Origin: a phage
Direction: 5' to 3' (one strand)
Length of the DNA stretch: 50,008 bases
Sequence record: PX418923.1
Below the pieces are notes generated by a model. The model saw nothing but the letters and a program-made list of their open reading frames with translations. It searched no databases and was not told the DNA's origin. Both the position numbers and the translations under genes were made by a program. Of the stretch, positions 1 to 9,117 are shown piece after piece (the stretch's first letter is position 1; each line of letters starts with the position of its first letter).

Positions 1-128
1 AGTAATGAAAGCATTGGTGAATGTCCTGATTGTGGACATGAAGCTGTAGTTACAACATATGTAAATGGTGAGCAAAGTTTTGCGGCCACTTATGGGTGCA
101 ATTACTCACCACTAGATTGCCCGACTTG
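1..128. repeat. Terminal duplication: bases 1-128 are identical to 49881-50008 (window wraps a circular or circularly permuted genome of about 49880 bp)
   Basis: Direct comparison of the first and last 128 nt of the window; the duplicated segment lies inside a small coding sequence. Confidence 0.9.
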
Positions 129-159
129 TGGCTCTAGACCATGTGACCTTAGCTGCTAA
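1..159 (+). CDS. 3' part of a small Cys-rich zinc-ribbon protein (duplicate of the gene starting at 49846)
   Basis: Open frame from position 1 to TAA at 157-159; CPDCGH and CPTCGS motifs; continues the ORF beginning at ATG 49846. Confidence 0.4.
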   Translation, partial: SNESIGECPDCGHEAVVTTYVNGEQSFAATYGCNYSPLDCPTCGSRPCDLSC

Positions 160-172
160 TAAAGGAGAATAA

Positions 173-655
173 ATGGGACAAACCCTAGTTAAGATTTTGG
201 AGGAGGCAAAACAAGTTGAAGATTTGCCTAACATATATGTAACTCCTGAGGGCAGAGTGTTTAAAGTCCAGGAGCTGGCTTATAGCGATAATGGCAACGG
301 CTATATAACTTTTAAACATATGGTAAATGGTAAACAATACACCAGATACGTACATAGAGAAGTTGCTAAACTATTCTGTGAAAATCGAGACGATTCAAAA
401 ACAGTGGATCATATAGACGGAAATAAGTCTAATAATCACTATAAGAATCTCAGATGGTTTACGTTAGCTCAGAACGTCAGAGCGTACTTTAAAAAAGATT
501 ACGCCATATTATCCCCAAGAGGAGTACCATATTACTTTAGTAACATAAGAGAGTTTGCTGAGAAAAATGAGTTAGATTCTTCTTCTCTAACAAAAGTTCT
601 AAAAGGAAAACTTAGACACACTAAAGGTTGGAGGGCCTTACCAAAAGATGAGTAA
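173..655 (+). CDS. HNH homing endonuclease
   Basis: VDHIDGNKSNNHYKNLRW HNH motif; AGGAG RBS before ATG; C-terminal region resembles nuclease-associated DNA-binding modules. Confidence 0.7.
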   Translation: MGQTLVKILEEAKQVEDLPNIYVTPEGRVFKVQELAYSDNGNGYITFKHMVNGKQYTRYVHREVAKLFCENRDDSKTVDHIDGNKSNNHYKNLRWFTLAQNVRAYFKKDYAILSPRGVPYYFSNIREFAEKNELDSSSLTKVLKGKLRHTKGWRALPKDE

Positions 656-2363
656 TACTCTTGTCAAGATCGGGCACGAATGTGGCACTCGTGATGGCCT
701 ACAAGTCTTTGAACGTGAAGACGGAGGCGTAGATGGGTATTGCTATTCGTGCAAAACTTATGTACGCCACCCGTTCGGAGACGAGCGAAATGTAAAAGAC
801 ATTCCTGTTAAGCAACGCATCAAGAAAACTAGGGAAGAAATCCAAGCAGAGATCAAAGAGATTGCTGACTATGGTGTTGTTGACCTAGTTGATCGTAGGC
901 TTCGTAAAGATGTACTAGAGCTTTACGGTATTAAAATTGGTGTTAGCGAAGAAGATGGTAAGACACCTAAGTTCCATTACTACCCATACTACAAGAATGG
1001 TGAACTAAGAGCCTACAAGGTACGCTTCGTAGAGAACAAGCGAATGTGGACTATTGGCGACCAGACAGATGTTGATTTGTTCGGCTGGGAAGTAGCTAAG
1101 AAGTCTGGAGCTAGGCGTCTGATCATTACTGAAGGTGAGCTTGATGCTGCTGCCCTTCATAAAATTTTGGAAATGTACACGCCAGAGCAATACAAGGACA
1201 ACACCCCAGCAGTGTGTTCTTTGCCTCATGGTGCTTCAGCCGCTGGTAAAGATATTGCCAGGCTGATGCCTGAGATTAGAAAATATTTTAAGGAAGTTAG
1301 TCTAGCTTTTGACAATGATGATGCTGGTCAGCGTGCTGTAGAAGATGTGTGTAAGATTTTCCCAGACGCTACAGTAATCAATCTCCCAGGTAAAGATGCT
1401 AACGAATGTCTCATGTCAGGCAAGGGGAAGGCAGCTCACAAGGCTTGCACCTTCAATCACCAAAAGGTTAAGAATACCAGACTAGTCTTTGGTGAAGACT
1501 TGCATGAAGAGGCTCGTAAGCCTGCCGCTTATGGTGAACTTACTTGGCCGTGGGAACACATCAATAAGAAGACTAGAGGCATTAGGTTCGGGGAAACTAT
1601 TTACATCGGCGCTGGTGTAAAGATGGGTAAGTCTGAGCTACTCAATATGTTGGGGGCTCACTTCGTAAAAGAGCATGGCGTTAAAGTATTCATGGCTAAG
1701 CCAGAAGAAGCTAACGCTAAGACATACAAACTCATGTGTGGCAAGATTGCCAAGAAGGTGTTCCATGACCCTGAGAGAGAGTTTGACTTTGACGCTTATG
1801 ATAGGGCTGGAGAAGTCCTTAAAGACAAGCTCGCAATGGTTAACCTCTACCAGCACCTTGGTTGGGAAACGCTCAAAGCAGACATTTATGCTGCTGCGGC
1901 GTGGGGTGCTAAGGTTGTATTCATTGACCCTATCACCAACCTTACGAACGGTATGGCAGCAGCAGACGCTAACGTCAAGTTGCAAGAGATCGCTCAAGAG
2001 ATTTCGGCTATGGCTCTTGATCTTAACATTGTCGTATTCCTCTTCGCTCACCTTAAAGCGCCTGAAGGTAACCTCAGTCTTGATCAACGCCAGAAAAAAT
2101 ATAAAGATGGCAAGTTCTATGGATTGGGCAACTGTCCTCATGAGCTTGGGGGTGACGTTGTTAGTTCTCAGTTTGCTGGTAGCCGTGCTATGATGCGTTC
2201 TTGTAACTTGATGCTTGGCTTGGAAGGTAACAAAGACCCAGAGCTTCCTGAGCATGTGCGTAATCTACGTAACCTACGTTTGTTGGAAGATCGTGAGTTT
2301 GGTGGTACAGGTAACTACCCGCTCTTTTGGAACAAAGAAACAACTATGTTTGAGGAAGTATAA
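648..2363 (+). CDS. T7 gp4-like bifunctional DNA primase/helicase
   Basis: N-terminal Cys-rich zinc-binding segment, TOPRIM-like EGELDAAA, Walker A GAGVKMGKSE, 571 aa; start overlaps upstream stop. Confidence 0.9.
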   Translation: MSNTLVKIGHECGTRDGLQVFEREDGGVDGYCYSCKTYVRHPFGDERNVKDIPVKQRIKKTREEIQAEIKEIADYGVVDLVDRRLRKDVLELYGIKIGVSEEDGKTPKFHYYPYYKNGELRAYKVRFVENKRMWTIGDQTDVDLFGWEVAKKSGARRLIITEGELDAAALHKILEMYTPEQYKDNTPAVCSLPHGASAAGKDIARLMPEIRKYFKEVSLAFDNDDAGQRAVEDVCKIFPDATVINLPGKDANECLMSGKGKAAHKACTFNHQKVKNTRLVFGEDLHEEARKPAAYGELTWPWEHINKKTRGIRFGETIYIGAGVKMGKSELLNMLGAHFVKEHGVKVFMAKPEEANAKTYKLMCGKIAKKVFHDPEREFDFDAYDRAGEVLKDKLAMVNLYQHLGWETLKADIYAAAAWGAKVVFIDPITNLTNGMAAADANVKLQEIAQEISAMALDLNIVVFLFAHLKAPEGNLSLDQRQKKYKDGKFYGLGNCPHELGGDVVSSQFAGSRAMMRSCNLMLGLEGNKDPELPEHVRNLRNLRLLEDREFGGTGNYPLFWNKETTMFEEV

Positions 2364-2863
2364 TGGTTGATGTGAAAGCTCGTAACCTGATTATGGACAG
2401 GTTCTTTAAGAACAACTACAATGAATTGGTAAAGCGTGTGTCGTTCCGTGCTGGTACTCCTGAGAACGCAGAAGACATTGTTCAAGAAGCTTTTGCCAGA
2501 GCATTGAAGTATTGGAACTCTTATGATCCAGAACGAAAAGAGTTGGGAGCTTGGTTCAATTCCATTCTCAATAATGCCCTTCGAGACTTTAAAAGGGACG
2601 AACGCCGGTATGGCATGTGTGAAGAATTCGATGAGGAAGAAATAGATGGAGTGGCACTCTCTCAAACTGAAAGTGGTCTACGAAAGTTTATTGACAGAGC
2701 TATCACCGAGCGTCCATCAAACGTTGCTGATATTCTCCATCTGTATTTTATCTTGGGCTATAAGCCTAGGGAAATTGTAGAAGTAACTGATGCTGACGCA
2801 GCTTTTGTTAGCCGCATGGTGTACAACTTTAGAGAAGAGTTGAAGGGACAAGTCAATGAGTAA
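2363..2863 (+). CDS. Sigma-70 family (ECF-like) sigma factor-like protein
   Basis: Region-2-like DIVQEAFARALKYW and C-terminal HTH-like region-4 segment (LGYKPREIVEVTDADAAFVSRMVYNFR); 166 aa. Confidence 0.5.
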   Translation: MVDVKARNLIMDRFFKNNYNELVKRVSFRAGTPENAEDIVQEAFARALKYWNSYDPERKELGAWFNSILNNALRDFKRDERRYGMCEEFDEEEIDGVALSQTESGLRKFIDRAITERPSNVADILHLYFILGYKPREIVEVTDADAAFVSRMVYNFREELKGQVNE

Positions 2864-3026
2864 GGTATATGTCCTATTTGAGGAAAGAGGGTTTGAATCT
2901 CCAGTCATAGTCGGTATTTATAAGAACAAAGATAAAGCCCAGGCAGAAGCTGATAAATGTAATGATAAAGCGCAATACCATTATGAACCGTATCAATATG
3001 TTAGGGAGCATGACCTAATTGATTGA
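2856..3026 (+). CDS. Small hypothetical protein (56 aa)
   Basis: ATG overlapping upstream stop; ends overlapping DNA polymerase start; below ORF-track size cutoff. Confidence 0.3.
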   Translation: MSKVYVLFEERGFESPVIVGIYKNKDKAQAEADKCNDKAQYHYEPYQYVREHDLID

Positions 3027-4875
3027 CATTTTTGACATTGAAGCTGATGGCTTGAAGCCTACTAAGATTCATTGTCTTTCTGTCATGAAGAATGGTAAAC
3101 TCTTTTCAACCACTGACTACGATAAGATGAGAGCGTTCTTTAGAAACGCTAAGATTATTGGTGGTCACAATATTTACAGGTATGACATTCCAAATATTGA
3201 GAGATTGTTAGGTATCAAAGTAAAGTGTAAACTTGTTGATACGCTACCACTCTCTTGGTATTTGGAGCCAGCTAGGAAGAGGCATGGCCTAGCTGAATGG
3301 GGTGAAGAGTTTGGTGTTCCTAAGCCGAAAGTCGATGATTGGGAAAACCTAGCCGTAGAGGAATATATACATCGATGTGAAGAAGACGTAAAGATTAACA
3401 CCAAACTGTGGGAACGCCAATGGAAACAACTCTTCAAGTTGTATGGTGAGCCAGATAAAGTTTGGAAGTTCATTGACTACATCATGTTCAAAATGGATTG
3501 TGCTGCTGAACAAGAGCGTAGTCGATGGAAGTTAGATGTAGTGCATTGTAAGACCACTTTAAAGAAACTAGAAAAGTTAAAAGAAGAAAAAGTAGAAGAG
3601 CTTAGATTGGCTATGCCTCCCGTGCCAGTAATGGCAAGTAAGGAAAAGCCTAAGAAGATGTATCTAAAGAATAAGCCAAACACTTTAAGCGAACAGGGGA
3701 AAGCTTGGGTTGCGTTGTTGAAAGAGCAGGGGCTGCCCGAAGATTACGAAGGAGTAGTTGAGTATATTAAGGATTGGAAGGAACCTAATCCTGGCTCACA
3801 CGAGCAAATTAAGTCTTGGTTGTACAGCCTAGGTTGGGTGCCAGAGACTTTTGCATATAAAAGAAACAAGGAAACTGGGGAAGTTAAGAAGATTGAACAA
3901 GTACAGCAAGATAAAACTCTTGGTCCTGGCTTGTGTGCTAGCGTTAAGAAGCTCTATGGTAAAGAGCCAAAGCTAGAAATTCTTGATGGACTCTCGATTC
4001 TAACTCACCGTATCTCCGTTCTAAACGGGTTCTTAAACAACGTGGATGATGAAGGTTATGTCCAAGCCAAAGTGCAAGGACTCACCAACACGTTGCGATT
4101 TAAGCATGAGGTGGTGGTCAACCTTCCGGGTGTTGACAAGCCTTATGGCGCTGATATACGTGGTTGCCTGGTTGCTCCTGAAGGTTATGAGCTGGTTGGT
4201 AGTGATATGAGCAGCTTGGAGGACAGATGTAAGCAACATTACATGTGGCCTTATGACCCTGAGTATGTCAAGGAGATGATGACTCCAGACTTTGATCCTC
4301 ACATTGACTTAGCGGTGTTTGCCAAAGCTCTAACTAAGCAACAAGCTGACGCTCATAAACGAGGGGAAGAAAACCACAAAGGCGTAAGGAAAACCTACAA
4401 GGCAGTTAACTACGCCGCCGTATATGGAGCTGGTGGTCCACGTGTGGCCATCACTGCTGGGGTAACCACGGATGAGGGGTACAAACTGGTAGATGCGTAT
4501 TGGCAACGTAACTGGTCAGTCAAACGTATTGCTGAAGACCAGATAGTTAAGGTGTGCAATGGAATGAAGTGGTTGTTCAATCCAGTTAGTGGATTCTGGT
4601 ACAGCTTACGTCATGAAAAAGATAGGTTCTCAACACTAAACCAAGGTACGGGAGTTTACTGTTTCGATACATGGATATGCAATTTTAGAAAGAAGCGACC
4701 TCAACTAACTGGTCAAATGCACGATGAAGTTATTTTGTGCATTAAGAAGGGTTACAGAAAGCAAGCTGAAAAGCTTCTTCGTGACGCAATTGAAGAGACA
4801 AACAAACAACTTAAATTAAACAGAGAGTTAGATATCTCCGTACAATTCGGTGATAGATACTCAGACATTCACTAA
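3019..4875 (+). CDS. Family A DNA polymerase (T7 gp5-like)
   Basis: N-terminus MIDIFDIEADG...KIHC resembles T7 DNA pol exonuclease motif I; polymerase motifs DMSSLEDR (A), RKTYKAVNYAAVYGAG (B), HDEV (C); TTG start directly after in-frame stop. Confidence 0.9.
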   Translation: MIDIFDIEADGLKPTKIHCLSVMKNGKLFSTTDYDKMRAFFRNAKIIGGHNIYRYDIPNIERLLGIKVKCKLVDTLPLSWYLEPARKRHGLAEWGEEFGVPKPKVDDWENLAVEEYIHRCEEDVKINTKLWERQWKQLFKLYGEPDKVWKFIDYIMFKMDCAAEQERSRWKLDVVHCKTTLKKLEKLKEEKVEELRLAMPPVPVMASKEKPKKMYLKNKPNTLSEQGKAWVALLKEQGLPEDYEGVVEYIKDWKEPNPGSHEQIKSWLYSLGWVPETFAYKRNKETGEVKKIEQVQQDKTLGPGLCASVKKLYGKEPKLEILDGLSILTHRISVLNGFLNNVDDEGYVQAKVQGLTNTLRFKHEVVVNLPGVDKPYGADIRGCLVAPEGYELVGSDMSSLEDRCKQHYMWPYDPEYVKEMMTPDFDPHIDLAVFAKALTKQQADAHKRGEENHKGVRKTYKAVNYAAVYGAGGPRVAITAGVTTDEGYKLVDAYWQRNWSVKRIAEDQIVKVCNGMKWLFNPVSGFWYSLRHEKDRFSTLNQGTGVYCFDTWICNFRKKRPQLTGQMHDEVILCIKKGYRKQAEKLLRDAIEETNKQLKLNRELDISVQFGDRYSDIH

Positions 4876-4886
4876 GGTGATATAGT

Positions 4887-5051
4887 ATGACAAAACTTAC
4901 TGAGGAAGATGTAGAGCTGCTTAGAGCTTATGAAAACGGAGAACTAGAATATTGGGACAGTGGTAACTATGATGACGGTTTCAAAATGGGAATTAATGTT
5001 GGCTATGCACTCGCACTAAGAGAAATGGAAGAAGAAGGAGAACAAAACTAA
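4887..5051 (+). CDS. Small acidic hypothetical protein (54 aa)
   Basis: AAGGTGA RBS then ATG; stop overlaps next start (TAATG). Confidence 0.35.
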   Translation: MTKLTEEDVELLRAYENGELEYWDSGNYDDGFKMGINVGYALALREMEEEGEQN

Positions 5052-5773
5052 TGGCACTTAAAGCACGTAACATTCCGAAAGCTGGTGGCAAGGGTAGTGG
5101 TATGCCCAAACAACCTACTATGGAGCCGGGAACTTATCCGTCCCGTGTAGTACAAGTAATTGATATGGGCCTGCAACCACAGCGTCCTTATAAAGGTGAG
5201 CCAAAGAATCCGGCTTATGAGCTGATGGTCACGTATGAATGTCTTGATGAGTTCTGCGTAGATGAGAACGGTGTTGAAATGGAAGATAAGCCTCGTTGGA
5301 TTAGTGAGACTTTCCCTCTTCATAACATCGAAGCGGACCTTGCTAAGTCCACTAAACGCTACAAAGCTCTTGACCCTGACATGGTATATGATGGCGATTG
5401 GGGTGAAGTAGTAGGCACTCCGTGCATGGTTACCACCGTTAACAATGTTAGTGGTGATAATGTATACACCAACGTAGCTTCTGTCACTAGCATGCGTGCT
5501 CGTGATGCAGCTAAAGCTCCTGAGCTTATTAACGAGCCCAAGGTGTTTAGTCTTGATGAACCTGATGTGGATGTGTTCCGTTCCTTCCCTCAATGGATTC
5601 AGGACAAAATCAAAGGCAACCTAGAGTATGATGGTAGTGCCCTTCAGAAAGCCCTGGAAGGGGCTCCTAAGCAAGAAGAGAAGAAGGGTAAGGCTAACCC
5701 TAGGGTGGAGGAAGAAAACGCTCAGGAAGACTTCGTAGACGACGTACAAGGGGACGAGGACGTACCATGGTGA
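5051..5773 (+). CDS. Putative ssDNA-binding protein (gp2.5-like, acidic C-terminal tail)
   Basis: Position between polymerase and exonuclease; strongly acidic C-terminus ending in an aromatic residue (EDFVDDVQGDEDVPW); function inferred. Confidence 0.4.
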   Translation: MALKARNIPKAGGKGSGMPKQPTMEPGTYPSRVVQVIDMGLQPQRPYKGEPKNPAYELMVTYECLDEFCVDENGVEMEDKPRWISETFPLHNIEADLAKSTKRYKALDPDMVYDGDWGEVVGTPCMVTTVNNVSGDNVYTNVASVTSMRARDAAKAPELINEPKVFSLDEPDVDVFRSFPQWIQDKIKGNLEYDGSALQKALEGAPKQEEKKGKANPRVEEENAQEDFVDDVQGDEDVPW

Positions 5774-5940
5774 TCTATGTATGGCCTGATGGCTATTGGT
5801 TGTACGAATGGGCAGTAGAGGATAATGCCAGTCTTGCGAGGCTGGCTAGTCCTCACAAGAAGATTGATCTAGACAATCATCTAGACTACAATCTCACTGT
5901 AGATGAAATTAACGCATGTATTGAGGCATTGGATGAGTAA
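5767..5940 (+). CDS. Small hypothetical protein (57 aa)
   Basis: ATGGTGA start-stop overlap with upstream gene; ends at TAA 5938-5940. Confidence 0.3.
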   Translation: MVIYVWPDGYWLYEWAVEDNASLARLASPHKKIDLDNHLDYNLTVDEINACIEALDE

Positions 5941-6244
5941 GAAAATTGTTAATGTTGGTGACTTCGTAGAGGTATTGGATAGCAGCTTTGTTGAACATGG
6001 CGTCAAGAAGGGTGACTTCATTTACATTGCTGGTGACAGTATCGTAGCTGTTAGTGAGAAAGACCCTTACCAACTTCGTCGGCTGTTCGTAGCTGCATTC
6101 ATGGAAGATGGTCACATCTTGGCAGATCGTAAACCTTTCCTTATTGATGGTAAGCGTTGTAAGCCTGTTTCTGAAGCTAAACAACAGAAGTTTGCAGAGA
6201 AGATGAAACAAGATTTCGGTGAAAAGAATGAAGCCTCTAATTGA
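5933..6244 (+). CDS. Hypothetical protein
   Basis: ORF-track ORF 5903-6244; internal ATG at 5933 has GAGG RBS. Confidence 0.45.
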   Translation: MSKKIVNVGDFVEVLDSSFVEHGVKKGDFIYIAGDSIVAVSEKDPYQLRRLFVAAFMEDGHILADRKPFLIDGKRCKPVSEAKQQKFAEKMKQDFGEKNEASN

Positions 6245-7100
6245 TGGTGACATTCTTCTATACGAAATTGGAAACAGTGCGGAGTATATTGATGAGAACG
6301 GTGAGAAAGTTATTCGTGACTTTGAGTTTGCTGGCAATCTTATCGATCAAAAGATCAAAGAAATTTGTGCCGAAGTGTGGGCTACTGAAGAGCCAACTAT
6401 CTTTATCACCAACAATCGTCGCATCCACAAGAAAGTCAATAGGCAACGTAAGTCTGAAGGAAAACCGCTTGTCGAATATGTTCCTAACTTTAGAGAAAGC
6501 ATAGCTAAGAAAAAGGAATATAAAGCAGGTCGTAACCCTGAGAAACCTTTTCACTATGACAATTTGTTAGTCTATCTATTGGCTAACTATGAATGTGAGA
6601 TGGCTTTCGGTATGGAAGCTGACGATCTAATGTCCATCAAGCAATGGGGGAGAGTAAAGGATGGTCATCTAGACACCATCATTTGTACCCGAGATAAGGA
6701 CCTACGGATCACCCCAGGTATGCACTTTGGATGGGAGTGTGGTCGTCAAGTCCAATATGGTCCAGCTCGTGTCACTGAGCTGGGTGAGATTAGAATTACC
6801 AAGGATAAGAAAAAGATAATTGGCAATGGACTTAAATTCTTCTATTCCCAACTTGTCACAGGAGATTCTACAGACAATATCCCCGGAGTACCAGGAGGTG
6901 GTCCTGTCACTGCTTTCGAATCCGTTCATGACGCCGAAAGCGAAGTTGAGTTGTTTGAGAGAGTGGGAGCACTATACAAAGATAAGTATGGGGACAACTG
7001 GGAAGCAGAAATGAGGGAGCAAGCTGACTTGCTTTGGATGGTAAGAGAGCTTAATGAAGACGGCTCTCCTGTAATGTATAAGTGGCCAGAGGTAAATTGA
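6228..7100 (+). CDS. 5'-3' exonuclease (T7 gp6-like, FEN/PIN fold)
   Basis: LIDGDILLYE, EADD, TRDKDL and GVPGGGPVTA motifs typical of flap/5'-3' exonucleases; ATG at 6228 with GGTGA RBS. Confidence 0.8.
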   Translation: MKPLIDGDILLYEIGNSAEYIDENGEKVIRDFEFAGNLIDQKIKEICAEVWATEEPTIFITNNRRIHKKVNRQRKSEGKPLVEYVPNFRESIAKKKEYKAGRNPEKPFHYDNLLVYLLANYECEMAFGMEADDLMSIKQWGRVKDGHLDTIICTRDKDLRITPGMHFGWECGRQVQYGPARVTELGEIRITKDKKKIIGNGLKFFYSQLVTGDSTDNIPGVPGGGPVTAFESVHDAESEVELFERVGALYKDKYGDNWEAEMREQADLLWMVRELNEDGSPVMYKWPEVN

Positions 7101-7525
7101 TGGCAGGAAGACCAAGCGGAGATAAAACTAGATGTGACGGTCAGTGGACAGAAGCGAAATTTCGATCATTCATTAAGAATAACCTAAGAGGTACGTCCAG
7201 AAAGTGGGCTCCTATTCAGAAGTGTAAGAAAAATGCTAATGTCTCTAGAGGTCTTTACGAGTGTGCTGAATGTAAAGAGCATGTACCTCCAACCGTATAT
7301 GATGAAGATAAACGTAAACGCGTAACCAACATCTTCGTAGATCACATCGAACCAATTATTGACCCAGCGGTGGGGTGGGTAAGTTGGGACAGCACAATCG
7401 ACCGCATGTTTTGTGACTCAAGTAACCTACAACTTCTTTGTAGGAAATGTCACAGTATTAAGTGTCAAGAAGAAATTGACATTACTAAAGAACGACGCCA
7501 AAAGGAAAAGAATAGTGAAGAATAG
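7100..7525 (+). CDS. HNH endonuclease
   Basis: VDHIEP...NLQLLCRKCHSIK HNH motif; ATG at 7100 overlaps exonuclease stop. Confidence 0.75.
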   Translation: MAGRPSGDKTRCDGQWTEAKFRSFIKNNLRGTSRKWAPIQKCKKNANVSRGLYECAECKEHVPPTVYDEDKRKRVTNIFVDHIEPIIDPAVGWVSWDSTIDRMFCDSSNLQLLCRKCHSIKCQEEIDITKERRQKEKNSEE

Positions 7526-7595
7526 TTTTAAAGGTAACAGTCTGTTTAATGATGTACAAGACCCAGCCCTGCGTACATGGAATCGTGCTGCTGTG

Positions 7596-7781
7596 ATGTT
7601 TAATCTAACTGCTGATCGTGGTGTGGAGGTAGCTCGTCAGTATATGGAAAAGCTTGATGATGTTAGTAAGAAACAAGTGTACGCTATGCTTAATGTTGTT
7701 GCTGCTCAAGGTTATGAAAAGACTAAACAGAAAGTAATCAATGGAGAGTACTCTAAGGTAGAGGGCAATATTAATGCCTAA
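7596..7781 (+). CDS. Small hypothetical protein
   Basis: First ATG after the HNH stop within ORF-track ORF 7413-7781. Confidence 0.25.
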   Translation: MFNLTADRGVEVARQYMEKLDDVSKKQVYAMLNVVAAQGYEKTKQKVINGEYSKVEGNINA

Positions 7782-8541
7782 TATCTACATCATTGACATT
7801 GAGACAGCACCTAAAGTAGCTTACGTCTGGCGTTTCTTCAAGGAAATGATTGGAGCTAAACAAGTTCTTGATCATGGTCATATCATGTCCTTCGCGGCTA
7901 AGAAGTTGGGGAGTGATGATATCATCTATGTCGAGAATAGGAAAGATGATGATAAGTACATCACCCAAGAACTGATTAGAGTACTGGACGACGCTGATAT
8001 TGTTGTTGCACATAATGGTGACAAGTTCGATCTTCCAACAATTAATGGCCGTGCTCTTGTACACGGCCTTAAGCCGCCGTCTCCATACAAGACCGTAGAC
8101 ACTCTCAAGGTAGCTCACAGAGAGTTTAAGTTTGAACGTAATAATCTGGAGTATCTGGCACACGTTCTTGGCTGTGCCCCTAAAGGAGGTCATGCTAAGT
8201 TCCCAGGGTTTGAGTTGTGGCTTGAGTGTCTTCGACAGAACGATGAAGCTTGGGCTGAAATGAAGGAATATAACATTCAAGACGTTCTAACTCTCGAAGA
8301 AGTATATCTTAAGATGAGACCTTGGATTCGTAACCATCCTAATGTAGGAGTGCTAGAAGAGAATGCTGCCCATACCTGCCCGAAATGTGGTTCAAAACAT
8401 CTTGTCAGCAGGGGTTATACCACAACTTCGGTTGGAAAATTCCAGCGATACAGGTGCTCAGATTGTGGCGGTTGGTCTAGAGCTCGATACACTGTCTACC
8501 CCAAAGACAAACGACAAGCTCTGCTCGTCAACGCGGTGTGA
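7774..8541 (+). CDS. DnaQ-like 3'-5' exonuclease with C-terminal zinc ribbon
   Basis: Exo motifs IIDIET, HNGDKFDLP, YNIQDV; C-terminal CPKCG...CSDCGG. Confidence 0.7.
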   Translation: MPNIYIIDIETAPKVAYVWRFFKEMIGAKQVLDHGHIMSFAAKKLGSDDIIYVENRKDDDKYITQELIRVLDDADIVVAHNGDKFDLPTINGRALVHGLKPPSPYKTVDTLKVAHREFKFERNNLEYLAHVLGCAPKGGHAKFPGFELWLECLRQNDEAWAEMKEYNIQDVLTLEEVYLKMRPWIRNHPNVGVLEENAAHTCPKCGSKHLVSRGYTTTSVGKFQRYRCSDCGGWSRARYTVYPKDKRQALLVNAV

Positions 8542-8542
8542 T

Positions 8543-8770
8543 ATGAATAACTTTGAACATTACTTTAAACGGTTGCCGACTGGACTCACACATGTTGATG
8601 TGTATTGGGTGCTAAGATTGTTTCGTGTAAATGACCCATGTATACAACATGCAATCAAAAAACTGTTAGTGCCAGGAAAGCGTGGATCTAAGAGTGAGCA
8701 CAAGGATGTTGAAGAAGCAATTGCTTCCTTGCAACGCTTCTTGCAAATGGAGAAGGAGGATGTGTTTTAA
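8543..8770 (+). CDS. Hypothetical protein (75 aa)
   Basis: ATG immediately after exonuclease stop, in frame with ORF-track ORF 8363-8770. Confidence 0.4.
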   Translation: MNNFEHYFKRLPTGLTHVDVYWVLRLFRVNDPCIQHAIKKLLVPGKRGSKSEHKDVEEAIASLQRFLQMEKEDVF

Positions 8771-9117
8771 TGAGGCTAATAATCGCCGGGAGTAGGGATA
8801 TAACCCCATTGCAATTCGAAGAGGCTTTGCAAGAAATCCGACAGGATTTTGAAATGGAAGTAACGGAGATTGTTTCAGGAAATGCCAGGGGAGTCGATAA
8901 ATATGGCGAACAAGTTGCTAAAGAGAATTCATTGGCGTTGACAGTTTTTAAGCCGGACTGGTCTAAAGGTAAGTCAGCAGGCATGATCAGGAATAAGGAA
9001 ATGGGTGATTATGCTGACGCACTGTTCGCAGTGTGGGATGGTCAGTCAAAAGGGACCAAGCACATGATTGATTATATGATTGGGTTGGGCAAACCTGTGC
9101 AGGTAGTAATCAAATGA
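8770..9117 (+). CDS. SLOG/DUF2493-family Rossmann-like protein (DprA/LOG-like)
   Basis: GSRD...SGNARGVD...RNKEM...AVWDG.SKGT pattern recalled for DUF2493; ATGA overlap with next gene. Confidence 0.55.
   Translation: MRLIIAGSRDITPLQFEEALQEIRQDFEMEVTEIVSGNARGVDKYGEQVAKENSLALTVFKPDWSKGKSAGMIRNKEMGDYADALFAVWDGQSKGTKHMIDYMIGLGKPVQVVIK

Noticed and set aside
1638-2255. Antisense and alternative-frame ORFs within the primase-helicase gene (1638-2255 minus, 1675-2193 plus)
   Set aside because: Embedded in a gene with clear conserved motifs; low-complexity translations; no RBS
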